Of a DNA stretch of 50,938 bases, positions 19,668-28,723 are shown in pieces. The DNA lies in assembly GCA_965649115.1 (NCBI GenBank), contig CBFGJN010000005.1, forward strand, positions 1 to 50,938, given 5' to 3'. Source of the DNA: a candidate division WOR-3 bacterium (GTDB taxonomy: Bacteria > Hydrothermota > Hydrothermia > LBFQ01 > DSFT01). Position numbers and translations under genes: made by a program. Below the pieces are notes generated by a model. The model ran no database searches. It saw nothing but the letters and a program-made list of their open reading frames with translations, and had not been told where the DNA came from. Positions within the stretch are counted from its first letter, which is position 1. The number at the start of each line of letters is the position of its first letter.

Positions 19668-20069
19668 TTACTCCTCTTTTAACTCTACTTCCGCCATCCT
19701 TTTAAGCCATGTTGCTATGTTTAAAACTTCACTTGTAGTAAGTCTTAATGTTTGAGGATCAGTTTCAAGCAAAAAATCAAGCAGGTCTTTGTTTGGGTTA
19801 TTATTTTTCCAATCTAAATATGGTTTAAAGTTTAACTTTCCTAAAATTTCAGAAATATCTTGAAAAATTTGCCCTCTGTCTTTTCCTTTTGATTTATAGA
19901 ATGCTAATGCCGGAATTAGGCCGTTATTAACAATTGTAGAGGGCAGTCGCTTGATATAAGAAGAATAATCTTTTATATAATCCTTGTTATTAGTTTTTTT
20001 TATCCTCCTTACACACTCCAAAGAAAGTTCCGCTATCTGTTGATGTTTTGTTTTTATAACACTACTCAT
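19668..20069 (-). CDS. cmr5: Type III-B small subunit Cmr5 (copy b)
   Basis: YSSYIKRLPSTIVNNGLIPALAF..WLKRMAE. Confidence 0.93.
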   Translation of the reverse strand: MSSVIKTKHQQIAELSLECVRRIKKTNNKDYIKDYSSYIKRLPSTIVNNGLIPALAFYKSKGKDRGQIFQDISEILGKLNFKPYLDWKNNNPNKDLLDFLLETDPQTLRLTTSEVLNIATWLKRMAEVELKEE

Positions 20070-20072
20070 AGT

Positions 20073-20951
20073 TTAACCTCCTTCTGTCTTATGAATTTCT
20101 ATTAGGTTAAATTTTCCTTCTATAAGCTCGTTTATTCTTTTGTTTATTTCCTCGGTTAGCCATCTATTCCAAAGCAAAACGACCCCATAATAACCTTCTT
20201 TTGCTTTCTTTATTTGAATTATTAAAGGTGAAGCTCGCCCAAGTATTATTTTATCAACATTCAATTTATTTTTTAATGCTCTATAAAAATTATCTCTTAA
20301 ATCATTCATACAATCTTGCCACGAATTCCATAAATTTCCATCTTTCTTGGTTATTAAGTAAATGGAAGTGTTTGAAATATTCATAAAATCATTATTATTT
20401 GAATTTTTTGGAAAGCTTGCCAACTTTTGTTTTATTTCTTTTTTAATTTTTTCAAAATCTTCATTCTCATTATCCAATTGAATACTTCCAAATCCTCTCC
20501 TCCATCTTGCTCCAATTCCACCAAAATTTGTCATAAAGAAAATAGTTTCAATCAATTCATTTTCAATTTTAACCTCATCGCAAGGTTTTAGAAATCTAAA
20601 TTCTATTTGAAAATCTTTATTCTCAGAAAGCGATTTTCTTCTTATTGCTATATAGTTCCTCTTAGCTCCATTTTCACCATTTTTTCTTCTATCATTCATA
20701 CATAAATAAGCATCAATTATTTTAGAAGGTTTATTCTTAATTCTTAACTTTACCCTTGAAGCAAGTTCTTGTGAGCCAAAAATTTCACTTTCATTTTTTC
20801 TTAAATCATTTAAATTCAAGCTTCCACCTTTATAAAATCTAAACCACCATCTTAAAATACCTTTTATAGATTGCTCTCTTAATTCTACTTTATCCTTATC
20901 AGCACCTGCCATAATTATTGGTGTTGTGATGTTAAATTTCAAACTTTTCAT
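20073..20951 (-). CDS. cmr1: Type III-B CRISPR RAMP Cmr1 (copy a)
   Basis: TTPIIMAGA, ELREQSIKGILRWWFR, GGIGARWRRGFG, RASPL. Confidence 0.9.
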   Translation of the reverse strand: MKSLKFNITTPIIMAGADKDKVELREQSIKGILRWWFRFYKGGSLNLNDLRKNESEIFGSQELASRVKLRIKNKPSKIIDAYLCMNDRRKNGENGAKRNYIAIRRKSLSENKDFQIEFRFLKPCDEVKIENELIETIFFMTNFGGIGARWRRGFGSIQLDNENEDFEKIKKEIKQKLASFPKNSNNNDFMNISNTSIYLITKKDGNLWNSWQDCMNDLRDNFYRALKNKLNVDKIILGRASPLIIQIKKAKEGYYGVVLLWNRWLTEEINKRINELIEGKFNLIEIHKTEGG

Positions 20952-21349
20952 GATTTTTCCTCCTTAACCATCGTTTTAACTTTATTTACGAAATTTCTCA
21001 TCTTATCCAAAAAATCAACCATATTTTTTAAGTCTTTTTCTTTTATACTACAATATTCGTAGGCTATTAAATTTCGTAAAAATACAACACTCTTTGCCTC
21101 TCTTAAATCCTCTTTGTTGATAATTCTATTTTTGCTAAGAATTTCAAAAACTTCCGAATATGTAGAAGGAAAACCTAACCTCTTTTTCATCACAACCGCT
21201 TCGGCAATATCTATTAAAGCATTAGCTGATTGAAAACATTCCATAGCCAAAGTGTTATAAATAAGATAATCTGATAAATTTTTATTTTTCAAACTTTTTG
21301 CTCCATTTAAATGTTTTTCAAACCTTAATATATTTTCTTCAATCCTCAT
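20948..21349 (-). CDS. hepT: HEPN/DUF86 (HepT-like) toxin with catalytic His replaced
   Basis: LGFPSTYSEVFEIL..FLRNLIAYEY (canonical RNxxxHxY). Confidence 0.8.
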   Translation of the reverse strand: MRIEENILRFEKHLNGAKSLKNKNLSDYLIYNTLAMECFQSANALIDIAEAVVMKKRLGFPSTYSEVFEILSKNRIINKEDLREAKSVVFLRNLIAYEYCSIKEKDLKNMVDFLDKMRNFVNKVKTMVKEEKS

Positions 21350-21707
21350 TTAAAATACTCTCCCTTATCATCTTAAAACTTCTTACCCTTTCATGAAAAT
21401 CCCTTAAAACCTTAAACTTTATTTCCGATAAAATTTCTTCATCTTTTACATATAGTTCCTTTCCAAATTTAAAAACTTCAAATTGGATATGTAAAGGCAA
21501 TCTATGAAAAAGAACCAAGTCAAGTTTTTGGGAGTACATACTTCCAATTTCGTATTCATCTTTTTCATTAGGATTTTTTAAAATTACGCATATATCAATA
21601 TCGGAAAGGGGATTACTTTCTTTCTTAGCGTAAGAACCAAAAAGATAAATTGCCACAACATTTTTATTCTTTTTGATTTTTCTTAAAATTTTATCCAATC
21701 CTTCCAT
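21339..21707 (-). CDS. mntA: Minimal nucleotidyltransferase (MntA-like antitoxin)
   Basis: YLFGSYA..SDIDI (GS-x10-DxD), LDLV. Confidence 0.9.
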   Translation of the reverse strand: MEGLDKILRKIKKNKNVVAIYLFGSYAKKESNPLSDIDICVILKNPNEKDEYEIGSMYSQKLDLVLFHRLPLHIQFEVFKFGKELYVKDEEILSEIKFKVLRDFHERVRSFKMIRESILNED

Positions 21708-21714
21708 TTTAGTT

Positions 21715-22035
21715 TCAACTTTCCATTTCAGAAAATCTTTTCAAATAATTTGAAAGTTTTAGTGCTTCAAGCGTTGCTTTTCTTAAAGTTTGCAAATCAG
21801 CATTTAAAAGTTCATTTAAAGCATCATTCTGAATTAAACCTTTCTTTTTCAGCCAATTTGAAATAGTGTTATAAACATTTTTTTCTTCTTTATAATAAGC
21901 AAGTGTCGGAATAAGTCCATTTGTCATTATAAGATTTGGAAGTTTTTTAAATTCTCTTTTTTCACTTTCACCTGAATTTTTTACTTCATCATTAGCAAAT
22001 TTTGCTATTTCTTGTTCAAGGGTTTTGGCCGCCAT
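21715..22035 (-). CDS. cmr5: Type III-B small subunit Cmr5 (copy a)
   Basis: KTLEQ..KKLPNLIMTNGLIPTLAY..EAL..YLKRF. Confidence 0.92.
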   Translation of the reverse strand: MAAKTLEQEIAKFANDEVKNSGESEKREFKKLPNLIMTNGLIPTLAYYKEEKNVYNTISNWLKKKGLIQNDALNELLNADLQTLRKATLEALKLSNYLKRFSEMES

Positions 22036-22969
22036 GGGTTTGACTTTTTTGATTAGTGTTTATTTTTTCAAACTTTACTTTTACAAATCCTTTTCCAAGT
22101 GTCTCATCAGCGCCAAGTTGAAGGATTTGATGACCATTCGGAAATAAAGTAGATAATTCTCTTAAAACATCATCAGCACTATTTAAATTTGAAGACTTAT
22201 TATACGGCTCACTTATGAAAACCAAGCTATAAAAAACACTTTCAGAAGGAATTAATTCTTCACTAAATAAAGCACCTTCCTTAACAGTTCCTGTTGTTTG
22301 GTCAATTCTAATTCTTGTCCTGATTTCAACAGCATAATTTACAAAATCCTTAAAAACATCATCTGAAACAATTGCAAAATGATTTTTGAAGAAGTCTTCA
22401 TTAAATTCAGTTTGTGGAAGTAGTTTAAAAACTTCCTCTGCTATGTTATCAGAATTTTGATTATTTTCTATATCAAAAACGAATTCTTCAAAAGCAACTT
22501 GATTATTATCTATTTTTAAATCACTTGAAGAACATAAAATAACTTTTTCATTCTGTATATTATCTGGAATTTGTATATCATTCCCTTGATTATCTTTGAA
22601 CTCTTTTCCTATACTCTTTAAATCCTCTTTTAACCTTTTCAAGACAAATGGACAAGTAATCCAAGCAAATGTTCCTTTTACAGAACGAACAGGAAATAGA
22701 AGAATTTTAGCATCAGTTATACTTATACAGCTTGCATATTGATCTGAGCCTTCTTCTGGACCAAAAATGACATTCACTTTATCTTTATCATTCCACTTTC
22801 TATAAGCAAGTTCTCTTACAACACCCTTTATACCACTTGACCATAGCGTAGGATAAGATGTATGTCTTTCTCTTTGAACAACATTATCAACAAATGATAC
22901 ACTTTGACCTGAACCCATATGTATTGGTGTTAGTGCATAGAATGTAAGATATCCTTTTTGCTTGTACAT
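22016..22969 (-). CDS. cmr4: Type III-B CRISPR RAMP Cmr4 (Cas7, RNA-cleaving subunit)
   Basis: TPIHMGSGQ..VDNVVQRE, DAKILLFPVRS, GALFSEE, QLGADETLGKG; start placed at ATG 22969 after SD AGGAGG. Confidence 0.97.
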   Translation of the reverse strand: MYKQKGYLTFYALTPIHMGSGQSVSFVDNVVQRERHTSYPTLWSSGIKGVVRELAYRKWNDKDKVNVIFGPEEGSDQYASCISITDAKILLFPVRSVKGTFAWITCPFVLKRLKEDLKSIGKEFKDNQGNDIQIPDNIQNEKVILCSSSDLKIDNNQVAFEEFVFDIENNQNSDNIAEEVFKLLPQTEFNEDFFKNHFAIVSDDVFKDFVNYAVEIRTRIRIDQTTGTVKEGALFSEELIPSESVFYSLVFISEPYNKSSNLNSADDVLRELSTLFPNGHQILQLGADETLGKGFVKVKFEKINTNQKSQTHGGQNP

Positions 22970-23002
22970 AAATTTACCTCCTAATTTTAAAGTGAAAGTC
23001 AA

Positions 23003-23008
23003 ATTTTA
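23003..23008 (-). promoter_or_regulatory. Candidate -10 box of the cmr operon promoter
   Basis: GCTTTAAAATTT on the minus strand (second copy at 22984-22989), same motif as housekeeping promoters. Confidence 0.45.
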
Positions 23009-23159
23009 AAGCTTTTTTCAAACTCAAAAAACCTCTAAAATTCAATAATTTCAAGAATTAAATTAACGAAATCGTTGAAAATACTAAATTTCCAAATTTT
23101 ATTAAATTTTAAAACAAAAAGCTTTAAAATTTTAAATTTTTTATCTAATAGAATAGTTT

Positions 23160-23645
23160 TTTGTTAAGTCTTTATGACTAAAAATGGTTTTAATGGGGAG
23201 CTCTGCTCCCCCAAAGCAAAAGAGAGGGTTTTTTAAAGCCGAAGGCTTGTATTTAGGGTGGGTGGGAAAATATAATAAAATAAGGACTTTCAGAATTCCT
23301 AGACAAAATAGGACATAAATGCTTTGTCCAGTAAATAATGTTAAGTAAAAAGCCCCCCGAAGCCGAAATATGGGTATTTTTAAGCCGAAGGCTTAATATC
23401 AGGGCGAGTGGGAAAAATATAGAAATAATTATATTTTTAGAATTACTAGACAAACCAAAAATAAATTGCTTTGTCCAGTAAATAATGTTAAGTGCTTGAT
23501 AGTCAATAACTTATTAAAAATTCATTAAAATTCTTGAAATAATGGGGGGAATTTAAGGGGGGCGGAGTTAAAGCCGAAGGCTTATATTCAGGGTGGGTGG
23601 GAGAAGTATAGAAATAATTATATTTTCAGAATTACTAGACAAAAC
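23160..23645. mobile_element. Tandem cluster of three MITE-like copies (decayed copy, 23321-23456, 23468-23645)
   Basis: 11-nt junctions AGGACATAAAT (23310-23320), AAAAATAAATT (23457-23467) and AGGACATAAAA (23646-23656). Confidence 0.82.
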
Positions 23646-23682
23646 AGGACATAAAAAACATTATGCTTTAAAATTTCAAAAT

Positions 23683-24060
23683 ATGAGAAATTTTATTTTT
23701 GTTTTTTTTATATCCTGTTCATCAGTTGTTGTAAATCAACCGCCAGGTCATATCGTTGCTTCTGAAAATCACTTAATGAATGGTAAAAAACAACTTGAAA
23801 AAGGTCATTGTAAGCAAGCTATTGAACAATTTGAAAAAGCGATAGAAAAAGACCCAACTAACTTCCAAGCATATTATTGGAGAGGAATTGCTTATGGTAT
23901 GTGTGGTAATTGTAATGATGCACTATCAAGCCTTGAAATATCAAAAAAATATAAACCATCTGATATATGGGATGAAAGAATAAGTATTGCTATAAATTTA
24001 TGTTCATCAAAAAAACAAAAAAAAGATTTTAGTATAACCTTAAAATGGCTTTGGGAATAA
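23683..24060 (+). CDS. TPR-repeat lipoprotein
   Basis: True start likely MRNFIFVFFISC (lipobox-like) after TAAAAT; AIEQFEKAIEKDP..AYYWRGIAY TPR pattern; the ORF-track extension lies in the repeat. Confidence 0.75.
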   Translation: MRNFIFVFFISCSSVVVNQPPGHIVASENHLMNGKKQLEKGHCKQAIEQFEKAIEKDPTNFQAYYWRGIAYGMCGNCNDALSSLEISKKYKPSDIWDERISIAINLCSSKKQKKDFSITLKWLWE

Positions 24061-24383
24061 ACGGAATTATCGGTTTATCATTAATAATTATGGATTTATC
24101 TATTAAAATCACTTTAAGTTTTTCAGGCATAAAAACATATCCCGATTTTGGACTCTTTTATGTAGGAATAATAAATGTTTTTTTCGATTTATTGAAAAAT
24201 AATCTTGATAATTTAACACGAAATTTAGCTTCATTTTTTTTAATTATTTCTCTACTTTATCCAATATCAAATATCATTGAAAGTTTAACGAATTTAAGCT
24301 TTTTGTCCAAGCTTGAAACAGGAGGTCTTTGGAGTTTATGTATAGCAATAATAGTAATAGTGCTTTCAAAGTTGAGGATTTAA
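24045..24383 (+). CDS. Small multi-pass membrane protein of unknown function
   Basis: Hydrophobic ORF overlapping both neighbours. Confidence 0.55.
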   Translation: MALGINGIIGLSLIIMDLSIKITLSFSGIKTYPDFGLFYVGIINVFFDLLKNNLDNLTRNLASFFLIISLLYPISNIIESLTNLSFLSKLETGGLWSLCIAIIVIVLSKLRI

Positions 24384-24553
24384 GAAAAAAAGCAAAATTT
24401 TTAATAATGTATAGAGGGATGAAAGAAGTAGAAGAATTATTGAAGAAAAATTACCTTGAAAAAATAGAAAATATGAATGAAAATGAAATTTTAGAACTTA
24501 TAAATTTTCTTGAAAAAGATGATTGGACAATACTTAAAGAGATTCTGAAATGA
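24329..24553 (+). CDS. sdhE: SdhE/Sdh5-family FAD assembly factor
   Basis: YRGMKE (RGxxE) motif in a short helical protein; start uncertain. Confidence 0.65.
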   Translation: MEFMYSNNSNSAFKVEDLRKKAKFLIMYRGMKEVEELLKKNYLEKIENMNENEILELINFLEKDDWTILKEILK

Positions 24554-25539
24554 CAAGCACAATTAAAATTTTTGAATATGAGGGAATAAAAATTTCTGAA
24601 ATTCCATTAGAGCTTTTAAATAAACTTTCAAGAATAAATAAAATCAAAATTTTAGGTAAAAAGCTTATTCCCGTTGGAATATCAGGATATTTAAAATTCA
24701 AAGACTATGAAATTATTATTCTTCCAAGACTAAAAATTGAAGACTATTTTTTTATTCTTAAAGAACTTGGAATTTATGAATTTTCAGAAGAAAAAATTGA
24801 ACTTGAAAATGTTTTATATAACATTGTGAAATTTTATGGTGAAAATTTACTTGAAACTTCAAGGAAAATAGGTCCTCCATTAGAATATACAAGCGAAAAA
24901 ATTGAAGAATCAGTAGTAAAAGGTAAAATAAATATAAGTGAAAGTATAAATCCTCCAAAGTTAAAACAAACAAGATGGATTATGGGCTTTGGTAAAATTT
25001 CAGGTGTTCTTCTTGGTGCTATGATTCATGCTTATAGAGTTTTTAAGACAGAAGAATTATTCTATCTCCTATCAAAAATTAAAATTATCTTTTCAGAAGC
25101 CAAACCTATTTTTAAACCTCAATATCAACTAAATCCACCAGAAGAATATGCAAATTTATTTAGATTAGCTAATTTTATTCTTGATAGTAGATTTATGGTT
25201 TTGCCAAATGGACTATTTATAAACAATTTCAGCCTATTTGAACAATTCGTATATAAAATGCTTTATAAAAATTATTTTACATTATATCAACAAGAAATAA
25301 AAGTTGATAAAATTACTTTGAAACCCGACTTTATAATAAATGGAATTCCAATTGATGCTAAATATAAATTTTCTATTGAAAATTCTGATATTTATCAAGC
25401 ATTCACTTATGGTTCTGTTATTTCAAAAAATTTATCTATCCTAATTTATCCTTACCTTGAATATGAAATTAATATCCAAAATGTAAAAATAAAAGCAATA
25501 CCAATCTTCAAAAATTTAGATAATTTTTCAATATTTTAG
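24550..25539 (+). CDS. McrC-like PD-(D/E)xK restriction component
   Basis: LFEQFV..LKPDF..IDAKYK..DIYQAFTY pattern. Confidence 0.7.
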   Translation: MTSTIKIFEYEGIKISEIPLELLNKLSRINKIKILGKKLIPVGISGYLKFKDYEIIILPRLKIEDYFFILKELGIYEFSEEKIELENVLYNIVKFYGENLLETSRKIGPPLEYTSEKIEESVVKGKINISESINPPKLKQTRWIMGFGKISGVLLGAMIHAYRVFKTEELFYLLSKIKIIFSEAKPIFKPQYQLNPPEEYANLFRLANFILDSRFMVLPNGLFINNFSLFEQFVYKMLYKNYFTLYQQEIKVDKITLKPDFIINGIPIDAKYKFSIENSDIYQAFTYGSVISKNLSILIYPYLEYEINIQNVKIKAIPIFKNLDNFSIF

Positions 25540-25544
25540 TTCTA

Positions 25545-26095
25545 AAACCTTTTTTTGGAATTTTTGGACACAGCATCAATATGGGCATTTTAAAGACGCA
25601 GCCTTTATTTTAGAGTGGGCGGGCAAAATATAGTAAAATAAATAATTTCAGAATTTTTAGACACAGCAAATTTAATCTGCTTTGTCCAGTAAATAATGTT
25701 AAGTGCTTGATAGTCAATAACTTATTAAAAATTCATTAAAATTCTTGAAATAATGGGGGGAATTTAAGGGGGGCGAAGCCCCCCAAAGCATAAGAATGGG
25801 CATTTTAAAGCCGAAGGCTTATATTCAGGGTGGGTGGGCAAAATAAGAAATAATCTATATTTCCGAATTACTAGACAAAACATCAGAATTTTGCTTTGTC
25901 CAATAAATAATGTTAAGTGATTGATAGTCAATAACTTATAAAATTTTTAAAGAAATTATTGATTTTATGGGGGATTATAGGGGGGGCTTTGCCCCCCATA
26001 ACCGAAAAATGGGTATTTTTAAGCCGAAGGCTTAATATCAGGGTGGGTGGGAAAAATATAGAAAAATAAATAATTTCAGAATTATTAGACACAGC
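25545..26095. mobile_element. Tandem MITE-like cluster: decayed copy plus two 203-bp copies (25679-25881, 25893-26095)
   Basis: Junction AAATTTAATCT (25668-25678); ATCAGAATTTT on both sides of the last copy (25882-25892, 26096-26106). Confidence 0.88.
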
Positions 26096-26130
26096 ATCAG
26101 AATTTTTACTTTATGCTTTAAACTTTCCTT

Positions 26131-26310
26131 ATGCATCTTGGAGCCCAAGAGCTTATCATAATTCTTGTAATTATTCTAATCCTCTTTGGAGCAGATAAAT
26201 TACCAAAACTTGCAAAAGGACTTGGTGAAGCTGTAAAAGAATTTAGAAAATCTTCAAGAGATGATAACGGTAATTCAGAGAGTAAAGAAAGCAAGGATAA
26301 TAAATCTTAA
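26131..26310 (+). CDS. tatA: Twin-arginine translocase subunit TatA (not in ORF track)
   Basis: [40 protein letters not shown]..; 59 aa; overlaps dtd. Confidence 0.93.
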   Translation: MHLGAQELIIILVIILILFGADKLPKLAKGLGEAVKEFRKSSRDDNGNSESKESKDNKS

Positions 26311-26689
26311 AGAAACTGAAATTCAAAGAGGATTAGTTGTTCTTGTAGCATTTGAAAATAACGATATTGAAGAAAAATTCCAAAAATTTATAAATAAAAT
26401 TTTAAATTTGAGAATTTTTGAAGATGAGAATAATAAAATTAATTTTTCAGTAAAAGATATAAATGGAGAAATTCTATTAGTTCCTAACTTTACACTTGCT
26501 GGTTATTTGAAAGGAAATAGACCATCATTTGATAATGCTATGTCAATTGAAAAAGCAAGAGAATTTTTTGAAAAATTAAAACAAGAATTTTTAAATTCAT
26601 ATCCAAAAATAAAATTTGGAGAATTCCAAACTCATATGGAATTAGAACTCATAAACGATGGTCCTTTTACAATTATTTATAGCTTATAA
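26261..26689 (+). CDS. dtd: D-aminoacyl-tRNA deacylase
   Basis: [24 protein letters not shown]. Confidence 0.93.
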   Translation: MITVIQRVKKARIINLKETEIQRGLVVLVAFENNDIEEKFQKFINKILNLRIFEDENNKINFSVKDINGEILLVPNFTLAGYLKGNRPSFDNAMSIEKAREFFEKLKQEFLNSYPKIKFGEFQTHMELELINDGPFTIIYSL

Positions 26690-27371
26690 CAATTGCTTTG
26701 TTCATTTTTCAAAAAACAATCAAATAAAATTAAATTTTTTTAGAAGCTTTGAATTATCCGATACTACATATGATTTTATTTTTATATCTTGTTTAAATGG
26801 TAAAGATACATTTATTATCAAAAAAGAAAATGAAATTTTAAATTATTTGAAGTTTTGTATATATTCTATTGGAAACTTTCAAAAACCCCTTTTTGAAATT
26901 AAATTCTATAAAAACTTCATTAATGCTGATGAAAAAATAGAAATCAACAGAATAGCTGATATGCTATTTTACAAAAACTATTCTTATTTTTTTCATTACT
27001 ATGATAGAAAGAAAGTTGAATTTTATAGAAGCATTTTAAGATATAAAATTGCTAAAATTTACTTTGAAAAAAATAATTTCTCAAAGGCTTTAAGAATTTT
27101 AAGTGAATTGGAAAAAAACGAAGATTTTAGAATTAAGTTCATCTCAATAAATCTTAAAAATGAAATTTATAAAAAACTAAATTATAAAACTATAAATGTT
27201 CATATTTCAGTAAATTTAGATGATGGAATTTACATAAAAGGTTTAGATACATCAATAGTCTTTGAAAACTTGAAAATTTTTAAAAAACCTTTAATTTGTG
27301 AGCTTGATTTTCCCGAAATATATATTATTAAGGATAAAAAATTGATTTATTGGTTTTCTCCAATACTTTAA
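26658..27371 (+). CDS. Hypothetical protein with a possible TPR-like helix
   Basis: 237-aa ORF overlapping dtd; no family recognised. Confidence 0.5.
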   Translation: MVLLQLFIAYNNCFVHFSKNNQIKLNFFRSFELSDTTYDFIFISCLNGKDTFIIKKENEILNYLKFCIYSIGNFQKPLFEIKFYKNFINADEKIEINRIADMLFYKNYSYFFHYYDRKKVEFYRSILRYKIAKIYFEKNNFSKALRILSELEKNEDFRIKFISINLKNEIYKKLNYKTINVHISVNLDDGIYIKGLDTSIVFENLKIFKKPLICELDFPEIYIIKDKKLIYWFSPIL

Positions 27372-27375
27372 GTTT

Positions 27376-27892
27376 GTTTAAATTCCACGTTGTTTAAATT
27401 CCACTATGTTCAGATGAAACAAAGAAGTTCTTACAATAGAAATGAATATCATCAATATGTTTAAATTCCACTATGTTCAGATAAAACTCGCAAATCACGG
27501 AACCAAAAGGGTCAACATAGAAATCAAAATCTGTTTAAATTCCACTATGTTCAGATAAAACACATAGTGGAATGAGAATAAAAAGGGGGTGGAAAATAGT
27601 TTAAATTCCACTATGTTCAGATAAAACCAAAGAAGAAAAAAGCTCAGATATAAGCACTGAAATAATGTTTAAATTCCACTATGTTCAGATAAAACTCATC
27701 ACGAACGGATTAACCCCCGGTATGTTTATACCGTTTAAATTCCACTATGTTCAGATAAAACGCTTTATTATTTGTCACGAGTTAGCACACTATTACCGTT
27801 TAAATTCCACTATGTTCAGATAAAACGTGGTAAAAATTCTCCTCGATACAATTGATGACACAAGTTTAAATTCCACTATGTTCAGATAAAAC
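27376..27892 (-). CRISPR. CRISPR array: 8 repeats of 29 bp and 7 spacers (36-45 nt)
   Basis: Plus-strand repeat GTTTAAATTCCACTATGTTCAGATAAAAC at 27392, 27459, 27533, 27599, 27667, 27733, 27798 and 27864; variant repeat and partial copy at the left (trailer) end; minus-strand repeat ends in ATTTAAAC, a typical 8-nt handle. Confidence 0.97.
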
Positions 27893-28400
27893 CCCCCCTT
27901 TTAAGCCCCTAAACCTATTTCAACAAGGCATTATGCCTTGTAAAGAAAGATATAAATCAAACCAAGTCCATACCTAACTAAATTTAAATTTTCCCTAACG
28001 AAAATGTATATAACAAAATGCTGTCCTAAAATTTTAAAGCATACCTCAAACAAATGTCAATTGCCGCAAACCTCCACCTTGTTATTAGTCAAATTAAAAT
28101 GATAAATTATTAAGTAATTGATAATCAATAATTTAAATAAATTAACTAATTTTAATTTGTCAAATAAAATTCTTCAAAATTTTAAGTTTGTGACTCTCCC
28201 TTCTGATAAGCTTTTGAAATAAAAAATTTTATAAATTGCTGAAAATCAATAACTTAAAATATATTTGAAATCCTCATAAATTCTAAATTTTAATTTGTCT
28301 GATTAAAATTCAAGTTTCCAAAAGTGAAAAGTTTTAAAAAAGAGGGGGGTTTGTGACAAGGTTTAAATTATTGATTATCAATAAGTTATTTAATTTATGC
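27893..28400 (-). promoter_or_regulatory. CRISPR leader with -10 box at 28031-28036, inverted repeat and IHF-like sites
   Basis: Minus-strand TATGCTTTAAAAT points into the array; TTGCCGCAAACCTCC (28061-28075) and GGGGGGTTTGTGACAA (28344-28359) form an imperfect IR; WATCAANNNNTTR matches between them. Confidence 0.65.
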
Positions 28401-28723
28401 CTTAATTTAACAGATTAAAAAGTCAATTTATAAGAATTCTAATTTAAAAATAAATTTAATAATTTAACAATTTAAAAAAATTTTAATTTGATTTTTTAAA
28501 ACAAGAAAAAAGTGGAACTATTAGAAACCCCCTGCCGAATTAATAAAAATGATGTCTTATAAGTATTTTAGAATTTGTTTAATTAAGTTATTATTTAATT
28601 TGATAAATTATAATAAAAATTTTTCTTTCAATTTTATCATGAAAATAAAAGTCTCCGCCTTTATTTCTAGGTAGGGAAATTAAAGAATTATTCTATTTAA
28701 TTAAACTTTAAAATTTTGGCATT

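Noticed and set aside
27696-27732. Spacer peptide ITNGLTP resembling the Cmr5 motif TNGLIP
   Set aside because: Nucleotide match to both cmr5 copies is poor and the peptide is too short to exceed chance
27762-27797. Self-targeting of the operon's HExxH gene by the HELAH-encoding spacer
   Set aside because: DNA identity is largely limited to CACGAG; the similarity is at motif level only
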